A stretch of 64,000 bases of DNA. Source: Raillietiella orientalis (Eukaryota). Shown one piece after another: positions 1-12,700 of the stretch. The stretch lies in contig JAYWIR010000005.1 of NCBI GenBank assembly GCA_036172245.1, positions 1 through 64,000 of the forward strand. The letters are read 5' to 3'. The notes under the pieces are model-generated. The model was not told where the DNA came from. It was given only the letters and a program-made list of their open reading frames with translations, and searched no databases. The position numbers and the translations under genes were made by a program. How positions within the stretch are numbered: the first letter of the stretch is position 1; every line of letters begins with the position of its first letter.

Positions 1-3000
1 CCGTTTCGTCCAGTCTTTCCTCATCGGAGACCACTTCGGTTTTACCGTCCACAACGACCACCACTTCAGCTCCTTTTGCTACTGATGGGACTTCGTCAAC
101 GCCTTCCGACAGTACCATTTCGACCGAATCCACCTTTTCTACCACCTCCACGGGAGTCTCGTCCACCACCGTCATCACTTCATCCACTTCTGCCACTAGC
201 GATGGCAGCACTGCTACCAGCGGCTCCTCCTCCAGCCCGGCTCGTCGTTCCTCCTCTACGGGGCCTGCTACCGTAGCCACAACGCCTTCTTCGTCCGTTT
301 CGTCCAGTCTTTCCTCATCGGAGACCACTTCGGTTTTACCGTCCACAACGACCACCACTTCAGCTCCTTTTGCTACTGATGGGACTTCGTCAACGCCTTC
401 CGACAGTACCATTTCGACCGAATCCACCTTTTCTACCACCTCCACGGGAGTCTCGTCCACCACCGTCATCACTTCATCCACTTCTGCCACTAGCGATGGC
501 AGCACTGCTACCAGCGGCTCCTCCTCCAGCCCGGCTCGTCGTTCCTCCTCTACGGGGCCTGCTACCGTAGCCACAACGCCTTCTTCGTCCGTTTCGTCCA
601 GTCTTTCCTCATCGGAGACCACTTCGGTTTTACCGTCCACAACGACCACCACTTCAGCTCCTTTTGCTACTGATGGGACTCCGTCAACGCCTTCCGACAG
701 TACCATTTCGACCGAATCCACCTTTTCTACCACCTCCACGGGAGTCTCGTCCACCACCGTCATCACTTCATCCACTTCTGCCACTAGCGATGGCAGCACT
801 GCTACCAGCGGCTCCTCCTCCAGCCCGGCTCGTCGTTCCTCCTCTACGGGGCCTGCTACCGTAGCCACAACGCCTTCTTCGTCCGTTTCGTCCAGTCTTT
901 CCTCATCGGAGACCACTTCGGTTTTACCGTCCACAACGACCACCACTTCAGCTCCTTTTGCTACTGATGGGACTCCGTCAACGCCTTCCAGACAGTACCA
1001 TTTCGACCGAATCCACCTTTTCTACCACCTCCACGGGAGTCTCGTCCACCACCGTCATCACTTCATCCACTTCTGCCACTAGCGATGGCAGCACTGCTAC
1101 CAGCGGCTCCTCCTCCAGCCCGGCTCGTCGTTCCTCCTCTACGGGGCCTGCTACCGTAGCCACAACGCCTTCTTCGTCCGTTTCGTCCAGTCTTTCCTCA
1201 TCGGAGACCACTTCGGTTTTACCGTCCACAACGACCACCACTTCAGCTCCTTTTGCTACTGATGGGACTTCGTCAACGCCTTCCGACAGTACCATTTCGA
1301 CCGAATCCACCTTTTCTACACTCCACGGGAGTCTCGTCCACCACCGTCATCACTTCATCCACTTCTGCCACTAGCGATGGCAGCACTGCTACCAGCGGCT
1401 CCTCCTCCAGCCCGGCTCGTCGTTCCTCCTCTACGGGGCCTGCTACCGTAGCCACAACGCCTTCTTCGTCCGTTTCGTCCAGTCTTTCCTCATCGGAGAC
1501 CACTTCGGTTTTACCGTCCACAACGACCACCACTTCAGCTCCTTTTGCTACTGATGGGACTTCGTCAACGCCTTCAGACAGTACCATTTCGACCGAATCC
1601 ACCTTTTCTACCACCTCCACGGGAGTCTCGTCCACCACCGTCATCACTTCATCCACTTCTGCCACTAGCGATGGCAGCACTGCTACCAGCGGCTCCTCCT
1701 CCAGCCCGGCTCGTCGTTCCTCCTCTACGGGGCCTGCTACCGTAGCCACAACGCCTTCTTCGTCCGTTTCGTCCAGTCTTTCCTCATCGGAGACCACTTC
1801 GGTTTTACCGTCCACAACGACCACCACTTCAGCTCCTTTTGCTACTGATGGGACTTCGTCAACGCCTTCCGACAGTACCGTTTCGACCGAATCCACCTTT
1901 TCTACCACCTCCACGGGAGTTCCGTCCACCACCGTCATCACTTCATCCACTTCTGCCACTAGCGATGGCAGCACTGCTACCAGCGGCTCCTCCTCCAGCC
2001 CGGCTCGTCGTTCCTCCTCTACGGGGCCTGCTACCGTAGCCACAACGCCTTCTTCGTCCGTTTCGTCCAGTCTTTCCTCATCGGAGACCACTTCGGTTTT
2101 ACCGTCCACAACGACCACCACTTCAGCTCCTTTTGCTACTGATGGGACTCCGTCAACGCCTTCCGACAGTACCATTTCATTTTGGTGGGTTGTGTTGTGG
2201 CTTCATCCACTTCTGCCACTAGCGATGGCAGCACTGCTACCAGCGGCTCCTTCTCCAGCCCGGCTCGTCGTTCCTCCTCTACGGGGCCTGCTACCGTAGC
2301 CACAACGCCTTCTTCGTCCGTTTCGTCCAGTCTTTCCTCATCGGAGACCACTTCGGTTTTACCGTCCACAACGACCACCACTAGCTCCTTTTGCTACTGA
2401 TGGGACTCCGTCAACGCCTTCCGACAGTACCATTTCGACCGAATCCACCTTTTCTACCACCTCCACGGGAGTCTCGTCCACCACCGTCATCACTTCATCC
2501 ACTTCTGCCACTAGCGATGGCAGCACTGCTACCAGCGGCTCCTCCTCCAGCCCGGCTCGTCGTTCCTCCTCTACGGGGCCTGCTACCGTAGCCACAACGC
2601 CTTCTTCGTCCGTTTCGTCCAGTCTTTCCTCATCGGAGACCACTTCGGTTTTACCGTCCACAACGACCACCACTTCAGCTCCTTTTGCTACTGATGGGAC
2701 TTCGTCAACGCCTTCAGACAGTACCATTTCGACCGAATCCACCTTTTCTACCACCTCCACGGGAGTCTCGTCCACCACCGTCATCACTTCATCCACTTCT
2801 GCCACTAGCGATGGCAGCACTGCTACCAGCGGCTCCTCCTCCAGCCCGGCTCGTCGTTCCTCCTCTACGGGGCCTGCTACCGTAGCCACAACGCCTTCTT
2901 CGTCCGTTTCGTCCAGTCTTTCCTCATCGGAGACCACTTCGGTTTTACCGTCCACAACGACCACCACTTCAGCTCCTTTTGCTACTGATGGGACTTCGTC

Positions 3001-3385
3001 AACGCCTTCCGACAGTACCATTTCGACCGAATCCACCTTTTCTACCACCTCCACGGGAGTCTCGTCCACCACCGTCATCACTTCATCCACTTCTGCCACT
3101 AGCGATGGCAGCACTGCTACCAGCGGCTCCTCCTCCAGCCCGGCTCGTCGTTCCTCCTCTACGGGGCCTGCTACCGTAGCCACAACGCCTTCTTCGTCCG
3201 TTTCGTCCAGTCTTTCCTCATCGGAGACCACTTCGGTTTTACCGTCCACAACGACCACCACTGCAGCTCCTTTTGCTACTGATGGGACTTCGTCAACGCC
3301 TTCCGACAGTACCATTTCGACCGAATCCACCTTTTCTACCACCTCCACGGGAGGCCCGTCCACCACCTTCATGACTTCATCCATT
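1..3385 (+). repeat. Tandem array of 294-bp units, about 11.5 copies visible, near-identical
   Basis: Identical ORFs recur every 294 nt (76, 370, 664, 958; 2391, 2685, 2979). Only a few variant sites are seen (gggacttcg/gggactccg, ccttccgac/ccttcagac). Confidence 0.97.
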
Positions 3386-3589
3386 TCCGTCACCAGGGAG
3401 AGCAGCTCTCTTTCGGGTGGATTCACGTCGGACGGTGTTCGGCTTTCTAATTTGTTAGGGGTAACTTCTACTCGCAGTGCTTCGATTTCTTCTTTTCCAC
3501 CCATTTTGAGTACTTCGAAAGATGGGCATTTGTTTGGGCAGGTTGTATTTCGTCCATTGAGGTTGTATGATTCCTCTATCCGAAGTTGA
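1..3589 (+). CDS. Ser/Thr-rich mucin-like protein, repeat region (5' end outside window; frame broken by a few indels)
   Basis: The plus frame encodes a 98-aa unit (PSDSTISTESTFSTTSTGVSSTTVITSSTSATSDGSTATSGSSSSPARRSSSTGPATVATTPSSSVSSSLSSSETTSVLPSTTTTTSAPFATDGTSST) that runs into unique S/T-rich sequence (MTSSISVTRESSSLSGG...) and a stop at 3587-3589. It may instead splice out near 3542/3562 to the acceptor ttcttgtcgacag at ~3627. Indels occur at ~990, ~1320, 2179-2200 and ~2382. Confidence 0.65.
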
Positions 3590-6500
3590 TGATTAACTGA
3601 AAAGTGTTTTTTTTTTCTTGTCGACAGGGCCCCGGTCCTAATTCGGTTGAACTTTTATTTTTTTGTTTTTCTGTTGATTTTATCTCAATGACTGCATCCA
3701 CTGGTTATGCTGTAATTTTTTGGTTCTTCTTCGTTTAGAATTTCGCGTGTTAAAAGGGTGATGTCTCTTTGTGACGGTTCGGTTTGTTTTGCTCTTAAGG
3801 TTGTTACATTCTTTTGCTGTTGCTTTTGCTTGGTGTTTTCCTGTGATGTACTTTGTTCTGTTGCTTTTCGATTGTACCGTTGTCCGAAATTCTTTTCCAT
3901 TCATTTGTTTGTCTTTTGTGTTCTCGCTAGTCGGTTTGCTGTTGCCTGGTGTGGACCTTTTGACTGGTTGGACCTTTTGTTTGCTTGGATTGCAGGGCGT
4001 GCGTCTGCTTTTTTTTGTTTCTGTGTTTCGTTTCATTTGGTCGGCCGTTTTTTGGGGGGCAGGGTTTTGTGCTGTCCGTGGCAAGATTCATGGGTTCTTG
4101 TCAGTGGTACTTGTTTGAGCTATTATTGCCACCCTTGCGTCTTCTCGTTTTTTCTTCCCACGTTCCTTTTTTCTTTAATTCGCTTTTCTTCATTGGCTTT
4201 GATGTTGTAACAGCAGTTTCGGGCTTTTCTTCTACGGATTCTAGATTTATATTTTTGTCTGTTAGCAGTGCTGGTTGTTTGTATTTTTCGCAATAGATCT
4301 GCATCCACTTTTGGATTGCGTGAAGCGTTGTTTTTTGAATCTCAAGATGCTATCTCACTTTATCCAGCCAGTTTTTCGGGATGCAGTATAATCTGTCACT
4401 GTTTTTTTTATCAAGTTTAATCATTGCAGTAACCAGAAGAAACTTCATTGAGTCTGCATTGTCTATTGCACCTCGTTTTCCAACGTCGTTGCTATGAGGT
4501 CTGCGGGCTTTTCCATACCTTGTTATTCCTGTTTCATCTGTTTGCCTTATTTTTTTTTTTTTCTTGTTGGATTTTCTCCCTGAAGATTGGGCTTTCCCTT
4601 GATCTCCTGATTCGCCAATTCTGCGCTGAAACATACATGGCCCAGATGTGTTCCTGCCACTGTGATGGAAAATGCGACGACGTGCTGGTTTTTTTTTGCG
4701 CCGGGAGCACCTTGAAACCGCCTTGCTCCTCGTTACATCTTCCTCCTCTTTTTTTTCTTTTTTAGCTGCATATGTTCCCTTTTCTTTTGTCGATTTTCTG
4801 TTTCCTGGTGTGGACCTTTTACCTGGTCATCTTATTATGAATGTCTTGTAGTTTTCTTGATTGATTTAACTGTTGGAGAAAAGGCTGCTGTTGCCAGCAC
4901 TATTGAGGCGTGCACACAACTCCTTTATTTTTCGTAATACCATCCATCTTTTCTTTTCTTTGGGTTGTGTACGTCATTGGTGACTGTTTTCAGCTCTTCT
5001 TCCGAATTATCCAGTTCTGTCTCCATTTAGAAGATGGTTTTGTCTCCTGTCCACCTTAGTCTGAAGAAACCCCATCCTTTCTTATAGTTGGTTATTCTTC
5101 CTTGTTTAAATACCCGAGATGCATTGTGCGTGTTGCTGAAGCATGACTGACATGCACTGAGGCTACTGTCATTTCTTTTGGTGTCTGATGCTACATTGGC
5201 ACGTTTTGTTTTAAAACATCTCTGAAAGAGCCATATTTTTCCCATGGCAACAGTCTTGTGAGTTCCTGATGATTCGTTTGCATCGAGTTCAACCTCCCGT
5301 ACAGAGATTTCTCTGAGTACAAACTTGGCTCGAAGTTCCTCAGTGTAAAATGTGTTCCCCTTTTGCCTGTTAGTTCATCTTCTGCATTTGGGTGTTGGTT
5401 GTTGGCACCCCAGGAATTCGCGTTACACCGAATGCGGATGCAACGAGTGTTTCTTCCATCTTTCTGCAGTAATGAGAGATCTCTATTTCCATACCAACAT
5501 GGTAATGTCACTGCTGGTTCTCCATTTTCGCATTCACCTGAATTATGGATGTAGGCAAAAGTGCATTCTTTTTTGCGTGAATTTCTGTGCTTGTGACCTC
5601 ATCTGACGTTGCCATTTTGAAAAATGGTGTCATTATCGTCCCCACTGCACTTCCTCTGTGATTGCGGGTGCTGCTGTGGCTTCAACAGATGTTGCCACTG
5701 TTCTTTCCCATTCACGAAATTTGTGGGCGGAAGGTGCTGCAGTGGTAACGCATCCCTCCCTGTTCTAATTGCAGGCTGTGCGACTTTGTGATGGGATGCT
5801 GTGATCACATATTCTCGCAACTGTCCTCCTCTGCATCAGTGGCATTTTTTTTTCCTGTCCAGAGGATGGATTTCAATCTGTTCTGCCGCAAAATTTCGCT
5901 GCTGTTTGGCAACGGTGTTCTGATTTCTGTCCGGTATCTTAGATGTTCGTTTTTCGGATTTGGCTTTGTGATTCCGTTGGCAGCCTTTCGTTTTAGCAGT
6001 TGCTCTCCTCGGTTGCTGCGCTGCCAAACCTGCTGGAGAAATGTCCGTCTCTCGATATTTTAATTTGCGAGCATCGTTCGCTGGGACCTTGATCCTGATC
6101 TCCCTTTTTTTGATCTTGCGGTGGATTTTGAATCTCTCACCGTTTTTCCAATAGCTTCTGCGCTGCGTGCAATTTGTCTTTGCGGTCCTGCAGATGCATT
6201 CATGCAGCATCTGTGCTTGTGGTTACGAACATCTATTCCTTGTAGAAATCATGAACGGAATCAACTTGAATGATCTCTTCACTTTCGCAGCTCCATGACG
6301 AGTCTGATGTCTCGGTGACGTCGTTTGTGCCACCTCGGCGGTCGTCCCTTGATTTTTTCTCTCTTCCGCCCAAGCATCTTCTTTCGAAATATCTGCCAAT
6401 AAAGATCGGAGTTTCCTGATGCCATTTTGTATTGAATGAGCGAGTTGGAATTTCTTGCCGTCATTCTGACGGTATGCGGTTCTGGAAACGTGAACCGTTT

Positions 6501-9500
6501 CGAGATCTTGATTGTGGCATTAAACGTATGCGCCTCTGGAACTGTCCAGTCTCCCGCGTCGCTCTCCTACAGTGTGCAAACATCCTCCTGCCTGCCCTTA
6601 GGGGCACCTAAGGTCTGCGTCCTTGGTTGAATGTCCTCATGGCTGCTCTTGCATCCAAGTGGACACTACTTTTGCAGTGTCCACTTTTGCGTGTTCATCG
6701 TACACAGCTTGTGCTTTGCCTCATCGCTTTCCCTTGTAGCGCGCATGTCGCGACTTTCATGCGACGAAATAGTCGACGTTTCAGACGCGCTGCGTTTTCT
6801 GCAAGCCATCATCATGAGCTGATTCCTCTGATTGGACCTCCGCAAGGAAGAGCATTTTCTTCTTTCGGCTTTCGGGGCTCGCAGCCATGCTGCTTAGGTC
6901 GCTCAGCTGCAGGCATGCCTGAGTTCTTGCTTTTCGAAAAGGGTGAGTAGAGAAGCTAAGTAGATTAGCTGATTGGGCGAGGATGCACAACTTCCTGCAC
7001 TGCGGTTCTCCGAAAGATCTCTTCTTCATTCCTCATTAATGGTGCCAGCAGCAGCTCACTTCTTAGAAGTTGTTCGAGGTGTGCCTGAACGGCTTGCCTC
7101 CATCGAAATCAGGGAGAAAAATAATATATTAACACATGAAGATCTCCAAGAGCTAGGTGGTGCGGATTTCTTCATCCTGACGGGTGCTGCTCGCCCCCTG
7201 TTAAGAATTCGCTTCTTCTCTTCGGCTGCTTCCAGTATTTTAGAGGAAATGTTTGAGCACAGAAAGCTCCCAGTCATTCGGCTAGCCTGGGGAACCTTTT
7301 CAGTCGAAAAGGTTCGCCTGGGCTTTGCAAAGCGCGCATAGGTGTTTTCGGTGATGTGAAACTTTGGAGACTGCGATCCTGAGGTTTTGGCAGCAAATTC
7401 CGTCAGTTTGTGAGGAACGTACGACGGAGACCTGGTTATTTGAGAGTTTAGTTGCGCACGAGTGTGCCGTATGTTTCCAAATGTGAGAGGGAGGGACAAG
7501 AGGGAAAGGAAGGTTCGATAGCAGGGGAACTCAGTCTTCATCGGCACCGAGACATTACTGTTGCTGTCTCGAGAAGAGACTTCTTTTATCCATTTTTGCT
7601 GTTTGTTCCTCTTGAAAATCCAGTCTCGTAATTGCCTCAAACTTTGGTCATTGTGTAAGTGCCTACGATTACAAGTCAACGTCTCCTTTCAACTTGTCCT
7701 CACCTCAGAGCCATCGGGATCCGTCCCTGGTGTGAAGTTGCTATTGTCAAGCGAATGAAAATGGCGGGCAAGCCGCCGTCACTTGATCAACACAGGCAAA
7801 TGTGCTAGGAGGCTGCTTGCAATATGATGCCGCGATAGCGAGAGGTCCTGCCTGAGGAAATGACAACAAACTGAAGCTGAAAACTGGGATCCAATAATAC
7901 TTGGGTCAAGTCACGTTAGATTGATTATGCGCGCGAAAACACCGCCAAGGATCCGTCGACAAAGCGAAATTTGCGAACAGAGCGTTGACGAATGTTGGCC
8001 TTCCTTGGAGACCGTAAAACGCAAGATATTTGGCTTCTGGGTGCTTCCAGGGTATCTGTGGACTATTACAAGTAACCAGGAGCATGCGTCTTGAAGAGAT
8101 GGTGAAGCAACCATCTTTGCAAATCGTGATGTTGACTGGCTTACCTAACATGAACTTCGAAATCCAGTACACTGAAAGAACAGTCTCCGATGTGTTGCGA
8201 GGACTGTAAGGACTCCTCACTCCTTGGATCCGTTACTGGACTCCTGGACTATCTTTTCCTTCAACATCTTTACTTGTAACTTGTGAACGATCTTTCTGAA
8301 CAGGTGATGCGTGCAGTTTGTTTTTCAAGGCGCTCTGGATGCCTATAAAGCAGTTTGCCGATTCGGATGGCGAATTTGCCTTTCCTGCGGGTTCTCTTCG
8401 GAACGAATGTTTCACGAATTCTGCAAATCTTCCCATCGCGTTATTTTCGGAGTGATGATCCTGAATAAATTTTACAGGATACAGCGTCCTTCGTTCCTTC
8501 CAGTCTCTTGAGAACGGAAGTATATGCTACTCTTCTGTGATCATTTGGACTCTACTTCAATGGGCCCATCATTCCATATAGGGCGCATCATTCCCATCGA
8601 AGCGTCTGAATCCTTAAAAGTTCCTTTAGAGGCATTTACAATGCGGATCCTTCGTGTTCGGATGGTGATCATCACGCGTCTCTCATGTCGTGACATGGCG
8701 CAAATTCTTCATCCTCGTTTCAAGTCTCACAGAAAACCGCATCACCACCTTGGATTCCTGCACGGTTGCACTGTCTTCTGTGACTCTCCATCCTATTTCA
8801 TGACTTTCTTATTCTTTGATTTCTGTGGGGACTGCTGTGCAACGCGAGCACCTCGAATGCTATCCCTTTTTTTGAAAACTGGTGCGCATGCGGTTTGCAG
8901 TTTATCAGAGGACTTTTTGTTATGCCTTGGGTCTTCTTCCATTGCACAGTGCATAAGCTTCGGGGAGGCAGTTACAAGCTGTGTAAGGAGGGTACTGAAA
9001 CTCGTGTACTCTCTTCGGTGAATCGATGAGCTGCCTTCCTTCCGGAATTTCTGTACTGCGAATTTGCACAAGCAGTCGTCCTCAAAGATAGCGGATGACG
9101 CGGATCATCTCGTGGAGTTGAAAAAGTGCTGGTGATGTAGTCTGGAATAGGAAATTGCATGGGTCGAAATGGAGATCAACAGAAGAGACAACAGCACTCG
9201 ATGCGAAAACTGCCTCCAGTTGCAGCTGAAAACACCGTGCATGCAAGTGGAGAGGCAATCTCCAAGCACCACAAGCCACGCCCGGAAGCAGTTTGCTAAA
9301 GATGTCTTGTAGCGGAGGCTCAGACTCCGAGGCCGCAATTTGCTCGAAAGGATTGCTTCCTGCCGCATCTAGAAAAACCTGCCAACCGATTGGATCCATT
9401 CTTCCTTTGGGAATTGAGGAAATTTTGCTTTCGTCTATTCGACACACAACCAACATCGGCTCATCATTCCATTCTCATTCGAAGAGCAGACAGAGAAAAG

Positions 9501-11849
9501 AACACTTTCGAGGATCGAACGCAATTCGTTCCAGCATCACGACGAAAGAGACGTTTGCCTCCTCACGTTGAGCAAGTGCGGCTAAAATGGACCTTCCGTG
9601 TCCGAGAAACTTGCGGACTATGAACCTCGGCAAAGGATCGTCGGAAACAGCCGCTTTGCAGGGGTTGCCGAAAGTGAAAGTGAAGTCTCAGCTGCTAAAA
9701 TCTGGAAAGTTTAGTGTCTGCCTCTGTATCAAGCATACGGGTAGAACATCTCTGTGCTTAGTGCTCAGCCACACCTCGGTGATGCCTTTATCCACAGAAT
9801 GTGAGAATACTGGACCCAATCTTAGGAATTTCTTAGTCGTAGCTGCTGTCCATTCAGATCTTTATTTTTAATTGTGGACGCCATCCCCGTACCCGGATTG
9901 GAGACCGAGTATGGGCATGATGTTAGATGCTGGATGGGGAGATGACACGTCGGAGAGAGTTTACGGAAAATCTAAGAGATCCCGTTGCTCATGGATTTGA
10001 GTGCAATCTGCGATCGTCGATGGCACAGGACGGCTGACTCTGTTTCCTGTTTTTTCTCGTGCTCATCACGCACCGCTCGTTCAACAGAACTGACATCAGC
10101 GGTCGGAGTTGCAATCAGTCAGAGAGCGAGCTCTTCTTCGCAGTCACTTCCCTCAAACAAGACTGAAACAGCGGAAACACTGCCAGCAGCAGCCCCAACA
10201 ACAACTTGTCGCTGGGCCTCACCGCAATCAAGAATCCGCCACTGGTCCCAAACATCGAAAGTTCAAAACCTGCAGGGAGTTTCAAATGGGACGGGTTAAG
10301 GGCAGGAAACGGCATGAAGGGGTGGAATGGGGACGGCTTTCGACTCCGGTCTCATCGCAGGCAACTCAACACTAACCCTCCCGATGTTGAGTTTGAGCTG
10401 ATCGATGTGGGAGTCCACGACCTACTCGGAAGTAAATTGAGTTCTCTCCTGCTGACCGAAGTCCATAAAGTCTGCATCTCCAAAGAAGAACGTTCCTTTC
10501 GAGACGAAGTGCTTCGAAACGAGTCCTCTGTTAGAAAGTCCCTGCCCGTGAGAACGGTCCCCCTTACAAACGTCCATTTTGGAATCTAAAAATAGCAAAT
10601 TCACAGATGAAATCTTGACTAAGGGCTCCTCGTGGATGATTCTCCGTCCTCGGCTGATACGATTCGAGTGTAGCCAGCCAGAGGAATCACGGAAAATCCA
10701 ATTGGATGCGTCCACAGTCAGCCTCCGCGGCGAACAATCAGTTGATGAAGATCAGGGTTTCTCATCTTTTGGTTTCGTCACCATTTGCCGCGGAGGAGAT
10801 AAATTGGCATAGAGACAGACATGCATGACGCATTTGAATCCGTTCTTTCCAGACGGAAACGACATGTTCGATCCATTTTAGAAGCACTCCCTTGTGACTC
10901 CATTTAATCAATCCAAAAGTGGATGCCCGGCTGCATACCGACTGCCATCGTGTTATCGCCGATCCCCAAAGTTCATCTCTTGACCACCTTCCTCCTCTTC
11001 CTCCTCCTCCCTTCCTAATTCTCCTCTTTCCTTGTCCGGAGTCCGTGGGTCCACCTGAGATTGCACGCGAGCTTGGCGACGACTAGGCACACACGCTGGC
11101 AATTCCGAGAGCCCACGTGATCCACCTGCTCTCATCCTCATGGACAGGTCGAATGTGGACAGCCTGAGGAAAGAACAGGACGCTGAGTGCTCCTTCTCCT
11201 TCATCACTGGCCGTATGGACAGCGACCTAGGCACCGGAATCGGCACCCGGAAGCACCGCCCTTCGATGGCGACCTTCGGCGTGAGCGGCGGCCGGAATCC
11301 CCCCAGCTCCCACCAGGAAGGCCGCTCCGGGAAAGTCCCACCCTCTTGCTGCAAGGATGAGCATCACGCAGCCTCAAGGGATTTCCCAACGGAGGGTGTT
11401 GATATCAGCTCAAGAGAGAAAGGAAGAGAAGACAGCGAAGAAGCGATCCGCTCCGGAGAGAGGAAACTGCGTTCCTTAAGGGGGCCGGAGCCTCGCTTTC
11501 TCTCCGGAGCAGTCGCACCGCGCTTCGGAAGAGCGGTTGCAAGCCACGGGCCCCTCTGTGGATGGATCCCACTCATCTCCTACCCAGTGGTCCCGGGGAG
11601 GCCACGCGGGAATCCATCTCCCCTCGTGCACTAGCTTTCCCCTTGGCCAATCCGCCCGGAAGGTCCGTCGAAAGACCACGGCAGGACGCGCCCCTTGGCG
11701 ATCGCTGCCGGCGTGCAGCGGCGGGAGTCAAGGTCTTCCGAGATGCTCCGCGGCTCCAATCCGGGGCAGCGCGGGAGCGGGTCGTCCCCTCGCCTGGTAA
11801 CCCTCCTCGGTGTCGAGTGGGCACGTGGCGGTCCTGGAAACGAACGTCT

Positions 11850-12700
11850 GTGTGCACTGCACATCATGGCGGGCTCAGGGACTGGCGGGGCGGGCCGGGA
11901 CCTCCCGACAGCTCCGGCAGGAACTCCCAACGAAATCGAGCGCGTCCTGCGGACCGAATGGTGCCGTCAGCACCTCTCTGAAATCTCTCTTCCTTGAACC
12001 CTTCGTCAATCTGACGACCTCCTCCGTAACCCGCTAACGAAGCCGCCATCCCACGAGTGCGCGGCTCGCCCTTAGCGACTGCCCGGGGAACTCGGAAAAC
12101 GGCCAAGGGCCGCTCCTGCGATAGCAGTTTGGTGAGCGCGTCACCAAGGCGGTTGCCACGAACTCACGGGAATGCCCGCTGGCCGGGTGGGAGACCTGCC
12201 TTCGCTCACCGGAAGCCGACGTGTTCATCTCCGCCAGCAACTGGACCATCTCATGCGTCTTTGGCCTCCGAGAGCGGGTCAACTCCTGCAGCAGTGGTGA
12301 CGCTGCAGGCGCGTTCAGATGCACTCGTCTGCTCCACGGGGAGGGACCGTAGGTTCCCTCCTGAATCGCAGTAGCGCTCCCGGTGGGAAGAACGCCCAGG
12401 TGCCCACCAGCGAAAAGGCGCAGCGATCGACCCACTCCTCGGGCGCGCGGCGCACCTCAGGGGCAGTGCTGCATGCGCCGCGCCTGGTCCGTCGGGGAGA
12501 CAGCCCATCTGGACGGGATCTCCAGATCGCCCCTTGCACCCCTCTGGGCCACGTGCTCCGGCAGGCACGCAGAGGGGGTGACTCTGGGAAAAGGCACCCC
12601 TCCCAAGGACGTCTGGTTCGGGCCCGAGACCCCGAAGGGTCACGAAAAGAGGAGACGCGCCGTGCGCTCCTTCCCCAGGGACCCCCTCGAGCTAACATTC
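11850..12700 (+). mobile_element. Decayed R4/Dong-type non-LTR retrotransposon, reverse transcriptase core
   Basis: Collinear degenerate RT motifs across frames: LRQELPTKSSASCGPNG..SLKSL (cf. KKLPNWKAPGPDG..WLK), RPRAAPAIAVW (cf. RPITCLPTVWK), RLVRRGDSPSGRDLQIAPCTPLGHVLRQARRG..RLVRARDPEG (cf. RGIFQGDSLSPLLF.IAL.PL..LR..HLLFMDDLKL). Boundaries are approximate and the relic may extend upstream to ~11000. Confidence 0.65.

Noticed and set aside
1..3385. CRISPR-like array
   Set aside because: Contiguous 294-bp units without unique spacers, in a eukaryotic context with no cas genes.
978..3504. Long Val/Glu-rich minus-strand ORFs and repeated 66-aa Pro/Leu ORFs
   Set aside because: Antisense and alternative-frame shadows of the Ser/Thr repeat; the S/T frame is the biologically plausible one.
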